Source: Bacilli bacterium (lineage in GTDB: Bacteria; Bacillota_I; Bacilli_A; RFN20; CAG-826). Taken from it: a stretch of DNA of 64,000 nucleotides. The position numbers were made by a program, and so were the translations under genes. The stretch is taken from positions 23,760 through 87,759 of the forward strand of contig JBAYXD010000001.1 of the NCBI GenBank assembly GCA_041673725.1. The letters run 5' to 3'. Below are positions 57,617 through 64,000 of this stretch, one piece after another (positions within the stretch are counted from its first letter, which is position 1; each line of letters opens with the position of its first letter). The notes under the pieces were generated by a model. The model was not told the origin of the DNA and did no database searches. It saw only the letters and a program-made list of their open reading frames with translations.

Positions 57617-59154
57617 TATTGGAAATCCTCCTCGTTTTTAACAGAATTGCTTCGACCATAAAATACAAGAGAAATAAGAGAGACAATTACAAATACACAA
57701 ATACCAATTACCGAAGCAACACCATAATCTTTAAATACTTCACCCATAGCTATTTTATATAACCAAGTAATAAGCAAATCAGTTTGCCCAGCTCCAAAAA
57801 CATTAGTAGAAATCATAATTCCATTAACACTTGTAAAGACTGGTCCACCACCAGACAATAAATAAATAACATTGAAATTATTAATATTACCGACAAATTG
57901 AGAAATTAAATATGGACCAGTAACAAATAACATATAAGGTAAAGTAATCTTAACATACATTTTAAATGGACTAGCGCCATCAATTTTTGCAGATTCATAT
58001 AAATCAGCAGGAATATTCATTAAAAGACCTGTACAAATAAGCATTGTATAAGGAATACCTATCCACATGTTAACAACAATAATTGTAACTTTAGCAATCA
58101 TTCCATCTTCAAGGAATTTAATGTTTTCAGTAATCCAACCCAATTGTTGCAACAAAGCATTCATTGCTCCTAAATTTGTATTAAGCACTTTAGAAAGTAA
58201 TAGCAAAGAAACAAATTGTGGGACAGCAATTGTAGTAATTAAAACGGTACGCCATAATTTTTTTAACTTTATGCCTTTTCTATTAATTAACAACGCAATA
58301 ATCATTCCAAGAAAATAATTAGTAAATGTAGCAAAGAAAGCCCAAACCAATGTCCATAACAATATTTGTAAGAAAACTCCAACAAATTGATTACCGCCTT
58401 CACCACTTAAACCCAATAATCTTGAAAAGTTAGACATTCCAACCCAATCGAACAATTCTTTTGGATTCATATAATTAGAATTATAATCAGTAAAGCCAAC
58501 TAAAACCATGAAGATAAGAGGAATTATAGTAAACAACACTAAACCTGAAGTAGGCAAAGCAAGTAAGACTTTATGATAGTTTTTCCCTGTTAAATCATTA
58601 ATCGTTGAAGAATCAGTAATAACATGTCCAATAAGTCTATACTCTTGTAAACTTAAAGCTTCTTTTATTTGGGTATACCATAAATAAATAAAAACCAATA
58701 TTAATAGAATTGTGATAACTGAAAATAATAAGATATTGAAGCTATCATCCATATAAACATACCCAGTAAAAGGTTCAACATCAATATCATATTGAACCGA
58801 AGCAATATTGCCAAATGTAGGTAATTTTATTAGATTTGGAATACCAGTAATGATCAAATAAGTAATAAAACAAACCTCAAAAATGAGATTAAAAAAACCT
58901 CTAATATATTGATGATTTGTGATTTGACCAAAACCCATAACAACATAACTAATTCTAGTTTTCCAATCGCCATTTACAAAACTATTAACAAGTGTAACAA
59001 AAGGATTAGATATTTTTTTAAATAGATTTCGTGTTTTTGATGGTATTTTCCTAAAGAAATGGTAAATACCTAACGGAATCGCCATAAAAAAAGATCCAAT
59101 TTTATAAAGTATTTTCTTAGATGCAGATAAAGACATATATTCAATTGTTGTCAT
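57616..59154 (-). CDS. malF: maltodextrin ABC transporter permease (MalF-like, extended N-terminus)
   Basis: 512 aa, 8 TM, EAA loop YESAKIDGASPFKMYVKITLPYM. Confidence 0.85.
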   Translation of the reverse strand: MTTIEYMSLSASKKILYKIGSFFMAIPLGIYHFFRKIPSKTRNLFKKISNPFVTLVNSFVNGDWKTRISYVVMGFGQITNHQYIRGFFNLIFEVCFITYLIITGIPNLIKLPTFGNIASVQYDIDVEPFTGYVYMDDSFNILLFSVITILLILVFIYLWYTQIKEALSLQEYRLIGHVITDSSTINDLTGKNYHKVLLALPTSGLVLFTIIPLIFMVLVGFTDYNSNYMNPKELFDWVGMSNFSRLLGLSGEGGNQFVGVFLQILLWTLVWAFFATFTNYFLGMIIALLINRKGIKLKKLWRTVLITTIAVPQFVSLLLLSKVLNTNLGAMNALLQQLGWITENIKFLEDGMIAKVTIIVVNMWIGIPYTMLICTGLLMNIPADLYESAKIDGASPFKMYVKITLPYMLFVTGPYLISQFVGNINNFNVIYLLSGGGPVFTSVNGIMISTNVFGAGQTDLLITWLYKIAMGEVFKDYGVASVIGICVFVIVSLISLVFYGRSNSVKNEEDFQ

Positions 59155-59225
59155 ACTTTAACTCCTTTTTAAAACCACAAATTTGCATAGGACCAAAAGG
59201 CCCTATGCAAAAATTAGAATTTCAA

Positions 59226-60494
59226 CTATTTGCTTGCTTTAATATTATCATTAAGAGTCTTACAAGCATCACTTAAATTATCTAAAGTAACAGTTCCATC
59301 AATCATTCCATTGATTAATGTAGCTGGAGCAGTCCAGAAATTACCTGGAACTGAAGTTTGTGCGTGAGCAAAACTACCTTGTTCACTTAAAACCTTAACG
59401 TTAGCATTACTTGTAACAGCTTCAGAAGCGGTAGCAGTCTTATTGCATGGTGCAGTTTCATAAGCATAGAAACGCTTTAATTGGCACTTTTCGCCGGATA
59501 AGAACATAGCTAACTTATGAGCAGCTGTTAATCTATCATTATCATCACTTGAGACTTGTGGATTAACACCAAATAATTTACCACCAAGGAATGCTCCTAA
59601 GTGTTTTGTTTCACCATCAACAGTGACATTTGGCATAACAGCGCAACCATAATTATCTTTTAAAGCAGTCTTATAATTACTAATATCCCAAGTTCCTGCC
59701 ATACAAGCAATTAAATTATTGGATTCTGATGGAGCTTCCATATCTTTAACCCATGCTTTATCAGTAACAATACTATAAATAGCTTTAGCAGCTTTGATAC
59801 CTTTTTCTGAATCAAAATCAGCATCAACCTTTGAAACTTGACCTTGATCATCAAAAGTCATTGAATAATCAGCACCAAAAGTAAACATTGCGGCAGCACC
59901 CCAGAAACCTTCTGGTAAATTGTAACCAACTTTTTTGCCTAATGTATTAGCTTTGGCTAATAATTTTTCAATAGAAGAAACATCATCTTCAGTTAAAACA
60001 GACTTATCATATTGAAGGTAATAAGTATTATCACCAGTATATGGATAAGCAATAAGTTTTTCATTAAAAGTTGCAGCAGATACACCAAATGAGTTATTTG
60101 CTGTAGTAACAAAGGACTTATAATCACCCTTAAGTTCTGCTAAAGCACCTTTTGAATATAAACCTGAAACTTTATCAGAAGCGAATTCATAAACATCTGG
60201 TCCAGTCTTCCAATCAGTAACTTCTGAATCTACCTTATCTGGTCCATGTTCAACATAAGTAATATTATAAGTATTAATATCACCATTAGCTTTCATTTCA
60301 GTTTTGAAATCATCAAATAATGATTCATTGAAATACTTGTTAGTACCAGTTCCTGAATAAACAAGGTTAATTGTTTTTGCTACTGGTTCATCTGGTTCAT
60401 CAGGTGTATCAGGAGTTGTTTCTCCACATCCAGCCAAAGCAAGACTACATAAACTTAATAACGCGAGACTCACAAATCTTAAATTTTTTTTCAT
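59226..60494 (-). CDS. malE: maltose/maltodextrin-binding lipoprotein (SBP family 1)
   Basis: lipobox LAGC, Pro/Asp/Glu-rich linker, about 420 aa solute-binding fold. Confidence 0.8.
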   Translation of the reverse strand: MKKNLRFVSLALLSLCSLALAGCGETTPDTPDEPDEPVAKTINLVYSGTGTNKYFNESLFDDFKTEMKANGDINTYNITYVEHGPDKVDSEVTDWKTGPDVYEFASDKVSGLYSKGALAELKGDYKSFVTTANNSFGVSAATFNEKLIAYPYTGDNTYYLQYDKSVLTEDDVSSIEKLLAKANTLGKKVGYNLPEGFWGAAAMFTFGADYSMTFDDQGQVSKVDADFDSEKGIKAAKAIYSIVTDKAWVKDMEAPSESNNLIACMAGTWDISNYKTALKDNYGCAVMPNVTVDGETKHLGAFLGGKLFGVNPQVSSDDNDRLTAAHKLAMFLSGEKCQLKRFYAYETAPCNKTATASEAVTSNANVKVLSEQGSFAHAQTSVPGNFWTAPATLINGMIDGTVTLDNLSDACKTLNDNIKASK

Positions 60495-60562
60495 AATATT
60501 TTAAAAATACCTCCTTATTTAAGATGTATATTCATACGCACCTACGGCGCATTAATACCGAA

Positions 60563-62068
60563 CTAATCACGTCCAGACATTTTGGTTTTGATATTTAACC
60601 AATCAGTGATTTTTTTATTAAAAAATCCCTGCTTACATCTCCAACTCCAATTGTTAGTACTTAAGGTTGAAGGAAAATTCATGCGTCCCTCTTTTCCAAT
60701 TCCTAGTAAGTCTTGCATTGGACAAATTGCACATCGCGTCTTACTCATCATATTTAATTCACAAATCTTTAAGGTTAATTCTTTATTTGTAGCATCTTTG
60801 CTTGGAAGATTAATCTTGAAGAAATCACATTCATTATCTAAATCTTTTAGGAATACTATTCGGTCTTTACTATTTAACTCATCGATATATTGAGTTGTTG
60901 TTTGACTATCATGTGTTCCAGTATAGGAGAAGAAATTCTCAGTATAATTCGATGGTTTCCAGATATTTTTTGGATCTCCATCAAATCCTTGAGTAACAAT
61001 CTTCATTCCAGGATACTTAACAACATCCATCATCTTATAGAAGTCATCATCCATCATTCCTAAATCTTCAGCAACAATTGGTAGATTAAGTTTATCCATG
61101 AACATCGAAGCACCTGGACCTTTAATCCACTTTCCATTTCTTGCAGTCTTATCGCCAAATGGAATTGAATAATATCCACTAAATCCTCTAAAGTGATCAA
61201 TTCGAATTAAGTCATAAAGTTTTAAATTATAATTAATTCGTTCATTCCACCACTTATAGTCATCTTCTTTCATATAATCATAATTATATAAAGGATTGCC
61301 CCATAATTGACCATCAACACTGAAACAATCTGGTGGACATCCAGCAACACGAGTTGGAAGATGATTCTTATCTAATTGAAAGAGTTCAGAATCTTTCCAA
61401 ACTTCGACACTGTCGTAAGCTAAGTATATTGGCATATCACCCATAATTTTTACATCATGTTTATGCGCATAGTCTTTTAAATTATTGTATTGTTTTAAGA
61501 AAATATATTGCGTCCATTCATAGAATTCGACTAAATCACCATATTTTTCTTTAATCTCTTTATCAATCTTAGATGAATAATTACGATATTCATTTTCCCA
61601 AGTATTCCAAGGTTTATAAGTATGTAATTCTTTTAGAGTCATAAAGATTGCGAAGTCTTCATACTCATGTTTATTTAAGAATTCATTGTAGGAATCATCG
61701 TTACGATTGAATCTATTAAAGGCTTTCTTAAGTACGTTATATCGGTTATGGAAGAGAATTTCATAATTAACACGTCCCTCATCTCCGCCCCACTCAATCG
61801 AATCACATTCATCTTTTGTTAATAATCCATCTTCAATCAAGAATTCTAAATCTATAAAATAAGGATTAAGAGCTTTACTTGATGGAGATTGATATGGAGA
61901 ATCTCCATAACTTGTTAGAGTTAATGGGAGTATTTGCCAAACATGTAAATGACTTTGGTTTAAAAAATCGATGAAGTTATAAGCTTCGCGACCAAGCGTT
62001 CCAATACCATATTTGGATGGCAAAGAAGAAATGTGTAACAAAATACCAGCTTCTCTTTTTTCTCTCAT
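60563..62068 (-). CDS. malQ: 4-alpha-glucanotransferase (amylomaltase, GH77)
   Basis: N-terminal GILLHISSLPSKYGIGTLG; catalytic regions IRIDHFRGF and IVAEDLGMM; 501 aa. Confidence 0.9.
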   Translation of the reverse strand: MREKREAGILLHISSLPSKYGIGTLGREAYNFIDFLNQSHLHVWQILPLTLTSYGDSPYQSPSSKALNPYFIDLEFLIEDGLLTKDECDSIEWGGDEGRVNYEILFHNRYNVLKKAFNRFNRNDDSYNEFLNKHEYEDFAIFMTLKELHTYKPWNTWENEYRNYSSKIDKEIKEKYGDLVEFYEWTQYIFLKQYNNLKDYAHKHDVKIMGDMPIYLAYDSVEVWKDSELFQLDKNHLPTRVAGCPPDCFSVDGQLWGNPLYNYDYMKEDDYKWWNERINYNLKLYDLIRIDHFRGFSGYYSIPFGDKTARNGKWIKGPGASMFMDKLNLPIVAEDLGMMDDDFYKMMDVVKYPGMKIVTQGFDGDPKNIWKPSNYTENFFSYTGTHDSQTTTQYIDELNSKDRIVFLKDLDNECDFFKINLPSKDATNKELTLKICELNMMSKTRCAICPMQDLLGIGKEGRMNFPSTLSTNNWSWRCKQGFFNKKITDWLNIKTKMSGRD

Positions 62069-62087
62069 AAAAATACTCTTTCTCTAC

Positions 62088-62101
62088 CTGTAAGCGCTTT
62101 C
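62088..62101. promoter_or_regulatory. catabolite-responsive element (cre, CcpA site) at the malQ-malEFG operon start
   Basis: TGTAAGCGCTTTCA matches consensus TGWAANCGNTNWCA at all positions; 20-33 nt upstream of the malQ ATG. Confidence 0.5.
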
Positions 62102-62467
62102 ATTATATAAAAGGGAAAATCAATAATCAATACAAAATCATATATGTTTTTTTACAAAACTATTTTAAAACGATATAATCAATCTTTTTTAAAAATAAAT
62201 ATTTTTTTATTAATAAATATTATAGTTTTAACGCAAAGTCATAATTTATATTGATATTATCATTAATTTTAATTATTGATATTTGATTTAATATTATTTC
62301 GTTGGTTATCATTATATTTTAAATATTTGTAAATATTTTTAAAAAAATGTCTAGTTTTTTAACAAAAAATTAAATATTTTGCTTTTTAGATAGCGTTTTT
62401 AAATATTTAATATATATTATGTTTGGAAGCAATATTTTGCATCCTATATATAAAGAGGTATCAATAT

Positions 62468-63781
62468 ATGAACAACAATTTAAAAACTTATACTATTTAT
62501 CAGGTTTATGTAAGAAACTTTACTAAAGAAGGAACCTTAAAAGCTTTAATCAATAAGTTAGGATATATAAAAGATTTAGGAGCAAAAATAATCCAACTTT
62601 TACCAATTAATGAAATCGGTATGGACGGAAGAAAAGGCACTCTTGGTTCCCCTTATGCTATTAAGGATTATTATAAAATAAATCATGAATTAGGAACATT
62701 AGATGACTTCAAAGAACTAATTAAGAAAGCTCATGAAATGGATCTTCTAATCATGATGGATGTTGTTTTTAATCATACATCAAGAGATTGTATTTTAATT
62801 AAAGAACATCCTGAATTCTATTATCGAGATAAAGATGGAAATCTAGCAAATAGATTTGGTGATTGGTCGGATGTTTATGATTTAAACTATACTAATAATC
62901 TACCATTATTCGACTATGTAACTAAAATATTAGAGTATTACACCAATTTAGGTGTTGATGGCTATCGTTTTGATGTTGCAAGTTTATTACCAAATGATTT
63001 CTATAAATATGCCATTCCAAAAATAAGAAAAATCAACAAGGATTTAATCTTATTAGGAGAAGCAATTGAACCAGGTTTCGCCACTTCTATTCGTCAAAAT
63101 TGTGGCAATGCTGATAGCGATTCTGAGCTTTATGAGGATGGCTTTGATTTATTATATCGTTACTCAAATTATGGTTTTTTACGAGAATATCTTCACACAC
63201 ATCAAACCAGTTACTTAGAACTTTATAAGGTTGGTATTTATCTAGAGAATGTTACCCTCCCTACTACTGCCTTAAAAATTGGAACAATAGAAAATCACGA
63301 TTGTGAGCGTATTTGTTCTTACACAAATTACGATCCATTAAGAATGAACATCATTGCTTATAGTTTCTTCCTTAAAGGTACTGGATTCGTATATTGTGGC
63401 CAAGAATCAAAAGAATATAAATTACCAAGTTTATTTGAAAAAGACCTTATTTCTACAAAGGTATTTGATACAAATTACTATAATTTCATTAAAAAACTCA
63501 TTGAACTTAAATCTAATAAAGAAAATTTAGATCTTATTCAAACTAATGTTTTAAAAATCATTGGGAAAGCTATTGGTTTAATTAACATTTATAAAAATCA
63601 TGAACCAATCATAGGTTTATTCAATTTTGATGTGAATCCAATTGTTATTAAACTTAAAGATTTAAAAGATGGAGCTTATTTAAATATTATAAATAACGAA
63701 AGAGTCGTTATTCATAATAACTCAATCAAAGTAAACGGACCTTTATATCTTAAGAAACTAAACGATGATATTTCTCGTTAA
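62468..63781 (+). CDS. cytoplasmic GH13-family alpha-glucan hydrolase (alpha-amylase-like, about 437 aa)
   Basis: start refined to ATG at 62468 (RBS AAAGAGG); GH13 regions DVVFNHTS, GVDGYRFDVASLL, LLGEAIEP, ENHDCER; no signal peptide. Confidence 0.75.
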   Translation: MNNNLKTYTIYQVYVRNFTKEGTLKALINKLGYIKDLGAKIIQLLPINEIGMDGRKGTLGSPYAIKDYYKINHELGTLDDFKELIKKAHEMDLLIMMDVVFNHTSRDCILIKEHPEFYYRDKDGNLANRFGDWSDVYDLNYTNNLPLFDYVTKILEYYTNLGVDGYRFDVASLLPNDFYKYAIPKIRKINKDLILLGEAIEPGFATSIRQNCGNADSDSELYEDGFDLLYRYSNYGFLREYLHTHQTSYLELYKVGIYLENVTLPTTALKIGTIENHDCERICSYTNYDPLRMNIIAYSFFLKGTGFVYCGQESKEYKLPSLFEKDLISTKVFDTNYYNFIKKLIELKSNKENLDLIQTNVLKIIGKAIGLINIYKNHEPIIGLFNFDVNPIVIKLKDLKDGAYLNIINNERVVIHNNSIKVNGPLYLKKLNDDISR

Positions 63782-64000
63782 GATTCTTAAACTTATTAAT
63801 TGTATATTTATCGTCTAATTCGCAACTGGTGATTCGATAGCACCAGTTGTTTTTTATTACTGTTCCTGGAGCATTCATTCGTGAACCCTTGTCTTGCATC
63901 AAAATATCTTGCATAGGAATAATAATGCAACCAGCATTAGATTTATATAGTATTTCAATAAGAGTATTAAATAAGTTTTTAATCGTCACTTTATCTTTAT
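63750..64000 (-). CDS. second 4-alpha-glucanotransferase paralog, C-terminal part only (gene continues past the window end)
   Basis: C-terminus CIIIPMQDILMQDKGSRMNAPGTVIKNNWCYR parallels the malQ C-terminus CAICPMQDLLGIGKEGRMNFPSTLSTNNWSWRC; frame is open to the window edge. Confidence 0.7.
   Translation of the reverse strand, partial: KDKVTIKNLFNTLIEILYKSNAGCIIIPMQDILMQDKGSRMNAPGTVIKNNWCYRITSCELDDKYTINKFKNLNEKYHRLVS

Noticed and set aside
60495-60562. GC-rich patch (GCACCTACGGCGCAT) between malQ and malE examined as a hairpin/terminator
   Set aside because: No convincing inverted repeat or T-run. More likely part of the malE ribosome-binding/leader region.
1-64000. Looked for CRISPR arrays, rRNA/tRNA genes, IS/transposase or integrase genes
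   Set aside because: No repeat-spacer periodicity, no tRNA-like cloverleaf candidates in the short intergenic regions, and no transposase/integrase-like ORFs. All intergenic spacers are short except the T-box leaders and the AT-rich mal control region.

Overview
This 64 kb window has about 28% GC and uses the standard genetic code (Trp is read from TGG, e.g. in valS; proteins have normal lengths, so TGA is a stop). It comes from a low-GC Bacillota-type chromosome, possibly Acholeplasma- or Erysipelotrichia-like. Gene order is Bacillus-like housekeeping synteny, almost all on the minus strand: recJ-secDF-ruvBA-obg-rpmA-prp-rplU, valS-engB-lon-tig, uvrC-mutS2 with divergent rnhC, rluD-lspA-ileS behind an Ile-type T-box, ftsZ-ftsA-rsmH-mraZ, and pheT-pheS behind a Phe-type T-box. 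Two accessory blocks break the synteny. Block 1 (35.1-45.5 kb) is a divergent TetR regulator next to a five-gene flavoenzyme and kinase cluster: a GlpA-like FAD oxidoreductase with a BFD [2Fe-2S] domain, an FAD/NAD disulfide-oxidoreductase, a DUF1667 protein, an FGGY kinase, and an alkyl-DHAP-synthase (AGPS)-like FAD-linked oxidase. It is followed by a TrmH methyltransferase, a DUF45 metallohydrolase, and a DUF523 (TudS-like) domain fused to a roughly 200 aa Arg/Ser/Tyr-rich repetitive tail whose gene overlaps an ECF-type S component. Block 2 (45.5-64 kb) is an alpha-glucan and maltodextrin locus: glgP, glgB, a PHP phosphoesterase, two lipoproteins, an 845 aa MalK-like ATPase with a very long C-terminal extension, a GH13 lipoprotein, malG/malF/malE, malQ, a CcpA cre site, a cytoplasmic GH13 enzyme and a second malQ paralog cut off at the window edge. 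I see no rRNA, tRNA, CRISPR or obvious mobile element. The most unusual candidates are the DUF523-RS-tail/ECF-S pair, the AGPS-like flavoenzyme cluster, and the giant MalK.
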